Positions 55,779 through 64,000 of a stretch of DNA of 64,000 bases are shown here, in pieces. Source of the DNA: an uncultured Candidatus Saccharibacteria bacterium (GTDB lineage Bacteria; Patescibacteriota; Minisyncoccia; Phycocordibacterales; JAACPR01); the NCBI GenBank assembly GCA_964538855.1, contig CAZIEY010000001.1:314188-378187 (forward strand), in the 5' to 3' direction. The notes beneath the pieces were generated by a model. It made no database searches. It was not told where the DNA came from and worked only from the letters and a program-made list of their open reading frames with translations. Position numbers and translations under genes: made by a program. How positions within the stretch are numbered: position 1 is the stretch's first letter; every line of letters begins with the position of its first letter.

Positions 55779-57209
55779 ATGAAGAATTTCTACATCACCA
55801 CCACATTGCCATATGTGAATGCAAAGCCTCATATTGGCCACGCTATGGAATTCGTACGTGCCGATGTCGTCGCGCGTTATAAAAGGGCGCAAGGGTTCAA
55901 TGTGTTTTTTAATACTGGTACTGACGAGCATGGTACAAAGATCTTTCAAAAAGCCGCTGAACTTGGCATTCCTGTACAACAATACGTCGATGAGGCTGCG
56001 CTCAATTTCAAGAACCTTAAAGAGCAATTAAATATCTCGTACGATAAATTTACTCGTACTACTGACCCGGCACATATTGCTGCCGCCCAAGAATTCTGGA
56101 AACGTTGTAACGACGCCGGCTTTATTTACAAGAAAAAATACAGCGGACTTTACTGTGTCGGTTGCGAAATGTTTATCCCTGAAAAAGATTTAGTGAAGGG
56201 TGAATGCCCAATGCATCCCGGTCGCAAGCTCGAATTTATTGAAGAAGAAAATTATTTTTTCAAATACTCTGCGTTCGCACCACAATTGCTCGCGCTCTAT
56301 GATCGTCCCGACGGTTTTACAATACCAGCGAGCCGCCAGAACGAAATAAAATCATTTGTAAAATCCGGTCTCGAAGATTTCAGTATTTCTCGCCTCGCGT
56401 CAAAAATGCCGTGGGGGATTCCTGTGCCAGGGGACAGTGAGCATGTGATGTATGTGTGGTTTGATGCACTTACTAATTATATTTCGACACTTGGCTGGCC
56501 AAATACGGATGGAAATTTTGAAAAGTTCTGGGTACACGGTACACCGGTTCAATATTGTGGTAAAGACAATTTGCAACATCAATCAGCGCGCTGGCAGGCG
56601 ATGCTCATGGCGGCTGGTGTTCCTGCGTCACACAAAGTCATTGTGAACGGCTTCATCTTGGGTGCCGACGGTCAAAAGATGTCAAAATCAATTGGTAATG
56701 TGGTTGATCCTCTCGACATTGTGAATGAATACGGTATTGATGCTTTCCGTTATATGATGACGCGCGAAATTCATCCATTCGAAGACACTGCGTTCGGGCT
56801 CGACAAATGCAAAGAGATTTACAATGCGCACCTCGCAAACGGTCTCGGCAACGTGGTCAGTCGTGTAATGAAAATGTCAGAGACTCATATCGCACAGCCG
56901 GTCGATGTTTCTAAGGTTATTATTCCTGATTCATATCATGACGCATTTAATGTATATAATTTGCAAGCGGCCGCGAATATAATTTGGGATATTATCGCTG
57001 GTATTGATCAGACTATTACAGAAATGGAACCGTTCAAGTTGATTAAGACGGATCGCGATACAGCCCTGCGTATTATTAGTCAGTTAGTTACCGAGGTTTA
57101 TCAAGTTGGTTTAATGCTTGCGCCATTTATGCCGACTACCGCGACAAAGATTCAAACTGCTGTGTTTGTAAATAAAAAACCAAACTCTCTCTTTGCTCGA
57201 AAAGACTAA
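55779..57209 (+). CDS. metG: Methionine--tRNA ligase (short form, no C-terminal tRNA-binding domain)
   Basis: HIGH motif AKPHIGHAME and KMSKS. Confidence 0.9.
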   Translation: MKNFYITTTLPYVNAKPHIGHAMEFVRADVVARYKRAQGFNVFFNTGTDEHGTKIFQKAAELGIPVQQYVDEAALNFKNLKEQLNISYDKFTRTTDPAHIAAAQEFWKRCNDAGFIYKKKYSGLYCVGCEMFIPEKDLVKGECPMHPGRKLEFIEEENYFFKYSAFAPQLLALYDRPDGFTIPASRQNEIKSFVKSGLEDFSISRLASKMPWGIPVPGDSEHVMYVWFDALTNYISTLGWPNTDGNFEKFWVHGTPVQYCGKDNLQHQSARWQAMLMAAGVPASHKVIVNGFILGADGQKMSKSIGNVVDPLDIVNEYGIDAFRYMMTREIHPFEDTAFGLDKCKEIYNAHLANGLGNVVSRVMKMSETHIAQPVDVSKVIIPDSYHDAFNVYNLQAAANIIWDIIAGIDQTITEMEPFKLIKTDRDTALRIISQLVTEVYQVGLMLAPFMPTTATKIQTAVFVNKKPNSLFARKD

Positions 57210-57210
57210 T

Positions 57211-58020
57211 ATGAAATTACGTTATATCGACATACATTCGCATGTGAACTTCTCGGCATTTGATGAGGACAGAGAGGCAGTCATTGCGCGTGCCAAGGAC
57301 AACGGCGTGTCATTTATTGGTATTGGTACCGACATTCAGACATCGCGCCAAGTTGTGCAAATGGCAGAGCAATATGAAAACGCGTACGCTATTGTTGGCT
57401 TGCATCCTGTATATGTAAATGCGACGCGCGACAAGGCGGGCCTACCTGGCGAAGATTTTAATCTCGACGAATATCGTACTCTCGCACAACATCCGCGTGT
57501 GGTTGGAATAGGGGAATGCGGTCTCGACTTTTTTCATATCGAAGGCGATACTGGCGATTTTAAAGCTCGTCAACAAGCCGCATTTGAAGCGCAACTCTCG
57601 CTTGCACTTGAGCTCGACAAACCCGTCATGATTCACTGTCGCGACGCGTACACATCGACCATTAAGACATTGCGAGCCTTCCAAGAAAAATCTGGCGGCA
57701 AATTGCGTGGTAACTTTCACTTCTTTGCCGGCACACTACAAAACGCAAAAGACATTCTCGAACTCGGCTTTACCGTGTCGTTTACGGGCGTCATTACATT
57801 CGCACCTCAATACAAAGAACTCGTTGAATTTGTACCTCTTGATAAAATGCATGCAGAAACGGACTCGCCATACGTGGCGCCGGTCCCATTCCGCGGTAAG
57901 CGCAATGAACCCCTCTACGTCATCGAAGTAGTCAAAAAAATCGCTGAAATTAAGGGTATTTCAATCAAAGAGGTATCGGAACAGTTGGAGAAAAACTCTA
58001 AACAATTGTTCGGAATTTGA
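57211..58020 (+). CDS. tatD: TatD-family metal-dependent hydrolase
   Basis: IDIHSHVNF metal-binding motif. Start chosen at MKLRYID after the metG stop. Confidence 0.8.
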   Translation: MKLRYIDIHSHVNFSAFDEDREAVIARAKDNGVSFIGIGTDIQTSRQVVQMAEQYENAYAIVGLHPVYVNATRDKAGLPGEDFNLDEYRTLAQHPRVVGIGECGLDFFHIEGDTGDFKARQQAAFEAQLSLALELDKPVMIHCRDAYTSTIKTLRAFQEKSGGKLRGNFHFFAGTLQNAKDILELGFTVSFTGVITFAPQYKELVEFVPLDKMHAETDSPYVAPVPFRGKRNEPLYVIEVVKKIAEIKGISIKEVSEQLEKNSKQLFGI

Positions 58021-58039
58021 TCTTGCGTGCTATAATTAT

Positions 58040-59215
58040 ATGATGCCATTCGAACAACCATCTTCAGATGAAAAACCTATTCGCATAGATCCGGAATCTG
58101 CCGCATATAAAAAGCTATATCGAGAAGGTGTTGATATGCCTATGGATGCAATCGACAAAAGTATTTTGCGTATTTTAAAGGCGGCTTGTGCATATGTATC
58201 TCAATCCGTTGATGGTATAAACGAATCTATTAAAGAAATTGACGAAGATGAAGTGCTTCCAATGGTTAATGAGGCAGACGCTCTACACATAATGTTTGAT
58301 TCCAGAAAACCAGAGGCTTATGATGTGCTCATGAATTTTTTTCGAAATAACCTACATTTTTCAGACAGAGATACGCTAGAGAAATTTGAGAGAAGGTTAG
58401 AATCAATCCCTATGCTTGATAGTTATACTCCGGCAGATTTCGCATGGATTGATGAGTCTGCGGGTATTGCACCCGATGATCATGAAACAGCACATGTGTG
58501 GTTCAGAGATAAATTACAAGATACTATTCGAGCACGAGGTAAGTTTCAAGTACCACCAGAGATACCAATGGAAAATTTAGTTATTAGTTTGATGAATTAT
58601 GTGGAAGAAGTAAAGAAAGATTTTCCTGAATCTTCAGCTACGATTCGACAGGCTGAAGATATGTTCCTTAGATTTTCATCTGAGGGAGACAGCATAATAA
58701 AAGATGTTCTACGTCATCAAAAATATCAAACACCTGATTTACAAGGGGTGGCATATGCTACATTACGTAAAATGTCCATGCTTCTAACTGCGTTAAGAGT
58801 GGCCTTACGTGAAGGCAGTGATTTTGATACCTTTCTATCAGCAGATCAAATCTTAATACAGACAGATTTGTCGGAAGTTCTACGTCAATTTACGAGAGAT
58901 ATTTCTAAAGCACAACGTGAGCGTGCTAATATTGAAATACCATCATATTTACAAAGATTACGTAATGATACACGTAATCACATAGCTAATCTTTGCGCCA
59001 ATGTTGCTACTGGACGTAATATTAAAGATACTTTGACTAGGGAACAAAATCAGGAGATCAAAAAAACATTGGAGAATGTTTTGAATTACACAGAAGCTTT
59101 ATGCTATCCAGGCGATTTATTATGTAAAAGAGAACTTTCGAAAGCATTTGCCGTGATTGATGATGGTGAAATCATGCATAAATTATCAGAAATATATAGA
59201 TTATACAAGGATTAA
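58040..59215 (+). CDS. Hypothetical protein (391 aa)
   Basis: Soluble, mostly helical ORF with no recognisable motif. Confidence 0.45.
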   Translation: MMPFEQPSSDEKPIRIDPESAAYKKLYREGVDMPMDAIDKSILRILKAACAYVSQSVDGINESIKEIDEDEVLPMVNEADALHIMFDSRKPEAYDVLMNFFRNNLHFSDRDTLEKFERRLESIPMLDSYTPADFAWIDESAGIAPDDHETAHVWFRDKLQDTIRARGKFQVPPEIPMENLVISLMNYVEEVKKDFPESSATIRQAEDMFLRFSSEGDSIIKDVLRHQKYQTPDLQGVAYATLRKMSMLLTALRVALREGSDFDTFLSADQILIQTDLSEVLRQFTRDISKAQRERANIEIPSYLQRLRNDTRNHIANLCANVATGRNIKDTLTREQNQEIKKTLENVLNYTEALCYPGDLLCKRELSKAFAVIDDGEIMHKLSEIYRLYKD

Positions 59216-59257
59216 TTCAGTCTTTACTTTCCTCCATTTTCTGGTAATCTTTACCCC

Positions 59258-59761
59258 ATGTCGAAAAAAGAAACCAAAACGACTGAAAACGCACAGCTCT
59301 ACGAGCTTGGATTTCACATCAATCCGACATTAGCCGAAGATAAGGCTGATGCCGTGTTTTCTAAAATTAAGGGTGTGATTACTAGTAACAAAGGGGAAGT
59401 AGTCAAAGAAGGGGCTTTAAAAAACATCAAATTCGCATACACAATCATCAAAAAGATTGAAGGTGTAAACGAGCGATTTACAAATGGATATTTCGGTTGG
59501 GTAAAATTCAACGCAGAATCTCCAGTCATTGAAAAAATCAAAAAATCAATGGATGATAATGTGTCTGTTATTCGATACATCTTCGTGAAAACGGTAGATG
59601 ATTTTGAACACAGCACCGAAAAATTGGCGGCTGAAATGACCGAAACAACAGACGAATCTTCAGAAGGAGAAGAGAAATCTGACGAAAAATCTGAAACTTC
59701 AAAGGCCAAAGATTCTTCAAAAGACGAAGTAGACAAAGCGATCGACAAGATTACTGAATAA
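59258..59761 (+). CDS. rpsF: 30S ribosomal protein S6 with acidic C-terminal tail
   Basis: YELGFHINPTL... core, followed by an E/D/K-rich extension. Confidence 0.85.
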   Translation: MSKKETKTTENAQLYELGFHINPTLAEDKADAVFSKIKGVITSNKGEVVKEGALKNIKFAYTIIKKIEGVNERFTNGYFGWVKFNAESPVIEKIKKSMDDNVSVIRYIFVKTVDDFEHSTEKLAAEMTETTDESSEGEEKSDEKSETSKAKDSSKDEVDKAIDKITE

Positions 59762-59823
59762 AGTCTAAAGAAATTATAAAGTTTTTTGTTGACGACCTAG
59801 TCGCATTCTGACACACTATACGC

Positions 59824-60279
59824 ATGTACTTAAATAAAGCAATAATCATTGGAAACTTAACACGAGATCCTGAGAAAAAAGCATTACCATCAGGAATCGC
59901 TGTTACTTCTTTCAGTGTCGCGACAAATCGCACTTATAAGGATAAAAATGGGGCAAAGCAGGACGCAACTGAATTTCACAACATTGTGGTCTTTGGACGT
60001 CAGGCTGAAACCGCAGGGCAATATTTAAAGAAGGGTCAGAGTGTGCTCGTCGAGGGTCGCTTACAAACACGAAGTTGGGAACAGGACGGTGTTAAAAAAT
60101 ACAGAACAGAGATTCTCGCAAGTACAATCCAATTTGGTCCAAAGGCAGGTGCCAGCGGAGCAGCAGGTGGAGCTGGACAAAGCGGGCCGTCAAAATCTGA
60201 AGCACAACCGAGCCCAGCAAGTGAAGACGCAATTGAATATCCGGAGGACGAAATTAATCCAGAGGATATTCCATTCTAA
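59824..60279 (+). CDS. ssb: Single-stranded DNA-binding protein
   Basis: OB fold NKAIIIGNLTRDPE...FHNIVVFGRQAE and C-terminal acidic tail ending DIPF. Confidence 0.85.
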   Translation: MYLNKAIIIGNLTRDPEKKALPSGIAVTSFSVATNRTYKDKNGAKQDATEFHNIVVFGRQAETAGQYLKKGQSVLVEGRLQTRSWEQDGVKKYRTEILASTIQFGPKAGASGAAGGAGQSGPSKSEAQPSPASEDAIEYPEDEINPEDIPF

Positions 60280-60299
60280 ATTAATTCAAATCAATCAAT

Positions 60300-60500
60300 A
60301 TGAAAGAGTGTTATTTCAAGAAGAACAACGTGTATCATATCGACTACAAGGACACCGCAGTACTTAAACAATTCATCAACCCACACGGTCGAATTCTCGG
60401 TACAAAGCGAACTTCAGTCAGCGCAAAGAATCAGCGAAATCTGGCTATGGCCATCAAACGCGCGCGATTCATGGCGTTACTACCATTCGTAGAACGATAG
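60300..60500 (+). CDS. rpsR: 30S ribosomal protein S18
   Basis: KRTSVSAKNQRNLAMAIKRARFMALLP matches S18. Confidence 0.9.
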   Translation: MKECYFKKNNVYHIDYKDTAVLKQFINPHGRILGTKRTSVSAKNQRNLAMAIKRARFMALLPFVER

Positions 60501-60512
60501 CATAAAATAAAA

Positions 60513-60545
60513 AAACCGCCGGTTGATTGGCGGTTTTTTTATTTT
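60513..60545. terminator. Bidirectional rho-independent terminator between rpsR and efp
   Basis: aaaaaccgccggttgattggcggttttttt: hairpin flanked by an A-run and a T-run. Confidence 0.65.
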
Positions 60546-60548
60546 ATG

Positions 60549-61139
60549 CTACTTTTGCACCCGCTCTACATACTCGCCAGTCTCGGTATTAACACGCACA
60601 ATTTCGCCTTCGGTAATGAAAATTGGGGCATTTACAGTGGCACCAGTTTCGAGCGTGATGATTTTGGTGATTGCGCCGGCAGTGTTACCACGAGTCGCTG
60701 GAGGGGCGTCAGTCACCTTTAATTCGACTTTAATAGGGACTTTAACACCAAACACCTTATCATCAAAGAGGAGGGCATCAACCTCAGAATTGGCCTTCAT
60801 GAATTTTGAAGCATCACCAATGAGGGCTTCAACTAGAAAGAAACGCTGCGCAGGATTATTGATCTCACAGAACCAATACTCCGTGACTTCGGTCTGGCGG
60901 TTTTCTTTTTTGTACATGAATTTGATTTTGCGCTTATCAATTTCAGCCTCCTCGATAGTGTCAGCACCGTGAAAGGTTTGGTTTGTTACGCTACCGTTCA
61001 AAAGATTTCGCAATTTCGTCTGATTAACCGGTTTGCGCATTTGTTTGCGAAAAACGTGCGAACTTAGGACTTCGTAGGGTTGACCCTCCAAGATGATATA
61101 TTTTCGCTCTTTAACTTCGTTGTAACTTAACATTGCCAT
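60549..61139 (-). CDS. efp: Elongation factor P
   Basis: Three-domain EF-P pattern (KOW-like N-domain and two OB-like domains). C-terminal GEIVRVNTETGEYVERV. Confidence 0.8.
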   Translation of the reverse strand: MAMLSYNEVKERKYIILEGQPYEVLSSHVFRKQMRKPVNQTKLRNLLNGSVTNQTFHGADTIEEAEIDKRKIKFMYKKENRQTEVTEYWFCEINNPAQRFFLVEALIGDASKFMKANSEVDALLFDDKVFGVKVPIKVELKVTDAPPATRGNTAGAITKIITLETGATVNAPIFITEGEIVRVNTETGEYVERVQK

Positions 61140-61171
61140 ATAATCGTTTGGTTTAAAGTTTATTTCAGTAA

Positions 61172-62221
61172 TTATGCCGCTTCTGCCATCTTTTTATCTA
61201 TTTCGCGTAGTATATCATTAGCAATTTTTTGGTTTTCTTGCAAGAAGGTACGCGTTGCATCGTAACCTCGTCCTAATTTTACATCACCGTATGCGTAACT
61301 CGCACCAGATTTTGAGACGATGCCATATTTTTCACCAAGCGCAATGATCTCGCCTTCACGAGAGATACCTTCGTTATACATCAAGTCGAACTCGGTTTGT
61401 TTGAATGGGGCAGCGACCTTGTTTTTGACGACTTTGACGCGAACGCGGCCGCCCATGATTTCTTCGCCTTTTTTAATTTGGGCAATACGACGGATGTCGA
61501 GGCGAACCGAAGTGTAGAATTTCAAAGCCTTTCCGCCCGGGGTAGTCTCTGGGTTACCAAACATCACACCAATTTGCATACGAATTTGGTTGATGAAAAT
61601 GACGACGGTTTTTGATTTCGCTACAATCGCTGTCAATTTTCGCAAAGCTTGTGACATAAGGCGCGCTTGCTTACCAACGTGATGAGCACCCATATCTCCC
61701 TCGATTTCATCTTTTGGGGTCAGAGCTGCGACCGAGTCAATCACCACCACATCGATTTTTCCAGTTCGCACGAGGCTCTCTACGATTTCGAGAGATTGTT
61801 CGCCAGTGTCAGGTTGAGAAATCAGCAATTCATCCAATTTCACACCAATCTTTTTTGCATATTCTGGATCGAGTGCATGCTCGGCATCAACGAATGCACA
61901 GACACCGTTTTGTTTTTGTGATTCAGCAATGATGTGGAGCGAAAGGGTAGTCTTGCCTGATGATTCCGGTCCAAAGATTTCGAGAATTCTGCCTCGAGGC
62001 ACACCGCCGATCCCAAGTGCCTTGTCCAAACCTATTGATCCTGTTGGAATGACATCGACATTAACACGTCGAGAATCCCCGAGTTTCATAATAGAGTCCT
62101 CGCCGAACTTTGTTTTAATTTCCGACAAAGTATCTTCGATTTTCGAATTTTTCTCCTCTTTATTTTTAGTCTTATCGCTCGCAACGACCGCTGGTTTTTG
62201 TGTTTTTGGTTTTTTTTGCAT
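61172..62221 (-). CDS. recA: Recombinase RecA
   Basis: Walker [10 protein letters not shown]. Also [12 protein letters not shown] and L2 loop regions. Confidence 0.95.
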   Translation of the reverse strand: MQKKPKTQKPAVVASDKTKNKEEKNSKIEDTLSEIKTKFGEDSIMKLGDSRRVNVDVIPTGSIGLDKALGIGGVPRGRILEIFGPESSGKTTLSLHIIAESQKQNGVCAFVDAEHALDPEYAKKIGVKLDELLISQPDTGEQSLEIVESLVRTGKIDVVVIDSVAALTPKDEIEGDMGAHHVGKQARLMSQALRKLTAIVAKSKTVVIFINQIRMQIGVMFGNPETTPGGKALKFYTSVRLDIRRIAQIKKGEEIMGGRVRVKVVKNKVAAPFKQTEFDLMYNEGISREGEIIALGEKYGIVSKSGASYAYGDVKLGRGYDATRTFLQENQKIANDILREIDKKMAEAA

Positions 62222-62287
62222 AGTCTTATTATACTGATCCTGTGTGAAGAAACTTTAAAAGAAGTCTAAAGAAATTATGAAATTCGT

Positions 62288-62680
62288 TTAGATTTCTTCT
62301 AAAGTCGCCTCAATTTTTACTGCGGGCTTATCGGTCTTATAAAATAAGTCCAATCGCTCGCTTATGTGCCTATCGAACTTATCTTCTGCTTCAATCATGA
62401 TTATATTATAACCGGGGACAAGGAGCAAAGATTCCTTGAAATTGCCGCTCTCATCAATCAAAATCGGTCTGTCATTGATGGAAATAGAGCTCGTGTGTTC
62501 GGTATTTCCAATAATTTCCACTATATTTTTATCTGTACTACTGCCATTTTCTGGGGAAGATACGTTGATTTTTGGGCCCGCAATAAAAACCCGGGAATTA
62601 AAGAAAACATACGACACCACCATGACAATTGCAATAAGAGCTAGGATAATTCTCACAAATGCCGGGGTGTGCTTACTCAT
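62288..62680 (-). CDS. Hypothetical single-pass membrane protein
   Basis: 130 aa with an N-terminal TM anchor. Confidence 0.4.
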   Translation of the reverse strand: MSKHTPAFVRIILALIAIVMVVSYVFFNSRVFIAGPKINVSSPENGSSTDKNIVEIIGNTEHTSSISINDRPILIDESGNFKESLLLVPGYNIIMIEAEDKFDRHISERLDLFYKTDKPAVKIEATLEEI

Positions 62681-62682
62681 AT

Positions 62683-64000
62683 CTATCGATTAAGGCTTTC
62701 TTCATCCGTATGTTCCATTTCAACTTCGTCACCATCGTTTGTGCTTTCACTAGGAGATGTTTTTCCTCCTCCAACCAGAATTTCCCGAGGTTTCGAGCCA
62801 TTTGCTGGCCCGATGACGCCTTTTTCTTCGAGAAGGTCAATTAATTTCGCAGCACGGGAATAGCCGACCCCTAATTTTCGTTGCAAGTAGCTGGTAGAAG
62901 CCTTACCTGCTCCGACCACTACTTCTTTAGCTTCGCCATACAATTCGTCATCATCCGCGTCTTCATCAGCACTGCCGACTGAATCGAAAATATTGTTTCG
63001 CTCGTTAACACCTTCTAAATCGATGTTACTTTCCGGCACTTCGTTTTGATATTGATCAACGAGGAATTTCACGACAGTTTTAATCTCGTCTTCGGAAATG
63101 AACGCAGATTGAATACGTCGAGGTTGCGCCATGTCTCCACCGAGGAAGAGCATATCACCCTGACCGAGCAATTTTTCCGCACCCGGTTGGTCCAAAATGG
63201 TTCGTGAGTCGATTTGCGATGCAACCTGGAGGGCAACACGAGTCGGAACGTTCGCTTTGATGAGACCTGTAATGACGTTTACGCTTGGACGTTGTGTTGA
63301 AATGATGAGGTGAATACCAATAGCTCGAGACATTTGAGCAAGTCGCACAATTCCAGATTCCAATTCACGCGGATAGGTTTGCATAATATCTGCCAATTCA
63401 TCGATAACAATCACGATAAAAGGCATAGTCTCGGGTAGTTCTGGAGCAGGTTCACCCTCGATACGGATTTCTTTTTTAGCCTTCTCCATAGCAGGGGTCA
63501 ATATTTTTGCGTGATATGAGGAAATATCGCGTACGCCGTAACCTTGTAGTACATCATATCGTCTGTCCATTTCTTTTGCAGCCCATTTGAGCGAAAGAAT
63601 GGTTTTCTTGGCGTCAGTAATAACAGGTGTCAGTAGGTGTGGAATTTTGTTGTAGAGAGTTAATTCGACGCGCTTTGGGTCGATCATAATAAATTTGAGC
63701 AAGTCCGGTGAATTTTTGAAGAGGAGGGAAGTAATGAGTGTATGAATAGTCACTGATTTTCCAGAACCAGTTGCACCAGCAATCAGCATGTGAGGGGCTT
63801 TACCAAGGTCGGTGAAATGCGAATGACCTGTGACACCTTTACCAAGTCCGATCATGAGAGGTTTGTGCGACTCTTGGAATTCGGCCTGTTTGAGTAATGT
63901 CCCAAGCCCAACCTTGGTCTTTGAGGTATTCGGAATTTCGATACCCACAAGAGATTTGCCGGGAATTGGTGCTTCGATACGAATAGGATGGGCCGCAAGT
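62683..64000 (-). CDS. ftsK: FtsK/SpoIIIE-family DNA translocase (C-terminal motor and gamma domain; 5' end beyond window)
   Basis: Walker A LIAGATGSGKSV. Walker B VIVIDELADIM. C-terminal winged-helix gamma domain (YLQRKLGVGYSRAAKLIDLLEE). The reading frame continues to the window edge. Confidence 0.8.
   Translation of the reverse strand, partial: LAAHPIRIEAPIPGKSLVGIEIPNTSKTKVGLGTLLKQAEFQESHKPLMIGLGKGVTGHSHFTDLGKAPHMLIAGATGSGKSVTIHTLITSLLFKNSPDLLKFIMIDPKRVELTLYNKIPHLLTPVITDAKKTILSLKWAAKEMDRRYDVLQGYGVRDISSYHAKILTPAMEKAKKEIRIEGEPAPELPETMPFIVIVIDELADIMQTYPRELESGIVRLAQMSRAIGIHLIISTQRPSVNVITGLIKANVPTRVALQVASQIDSRTILDQPGAEKLLGQGDMLFLGGDMAQPRRIQSAFISEDEIKTVVKFLVDQYQNEVPESNIDLEGVNERNNIFDSVGSADEDADDDELYGEAKEVVVGAGKASTSYLQRKLGVGYSRAAKLIDLLEEKGVIGPANGSKPREILVGGGKTSPSESTNDGDEVEMEHTDEESLNR

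Noticed and set aside
1-64000. CRISPR arrays, rRNA genes, IS/transposase genes, integrases
   Set aside because: I searched by eye for regularly spaced direct repeats, rRNA-like conserved stretches and transposase/integrase motifs. None was found.

Overview
This 64-kb window looks like a compact, low-GC (by eye roughly 40-45% G+C) bacterial chromosome segment. Its gene content and style suggest a Candidate Phyla Radiation / Patescibacteria-like organism: several type IV pilin genes, a pilM/N/O cluster, class I/II aminoacyl-tRNA synthetases of the archaeal/eukaryote-like type, many small hypothetical membrane proteins, and secE-nusG-rplK with no rplA following. I call about 85 CDS, 5 tRNA genes (Arg-GCG, Ser-TGA, Arg-TCT, Val-TAC, His-GTG) and several intrinsic terminators. 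I see no rRNA, CRISPR array or transposase.

The well-supported core genes are:
- a thymidylate/folate cluster: folA, a dcd-like gene, thyA, glyA, tmk, dut, argS
- ileS, glyQS, metG, tatD
- rpsF-ssb-rpsR, efp, recA, ftsK (partial at the window end)
- tyrA-chorismate mutase plus an aminotransferase
- msrAB, folD, nusG, secE, rplK, rplS, ruvX

The most unusual observations are:
1. IleS carries an embedded ~175-aa histidine-phosphatase-like domain (RHGE motif).
2. Two copies of a ~120-nt palindromic intergenic element sit directly after rplS and rplK. Their core is conserved and their outer stems covary.
3. tRNA-Arg(TCT) has a degenerate duplicate of its 3' end ~195 bp downstream, next to a ParD/ParE toxin-antitoxin pair. 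This looks like an integration footprint.
4. A visibly GC-rich gene sits inside an AT-rich minus-strand operon (ParA/MinD-like ATPase, GC-rich hypothetical, Fur). Further GC-rich ORFs follow downstream, giving a mosaic accessory region from ~15.4 to ~23.1 kb.
5. A 31-bp-armed inverted repeat lies between two membrane-protein genes.
6. An orphan intrinsic terminator closes a ~300-nt non-coding stretch, a candidate sRNA or leader.
7. A TrwB/VirD4-like coupling-protein-family ATPase has a large uncharacterised N-terminal domain.

All calls come from reading the sequence and the ORF translations. No database searches were run.
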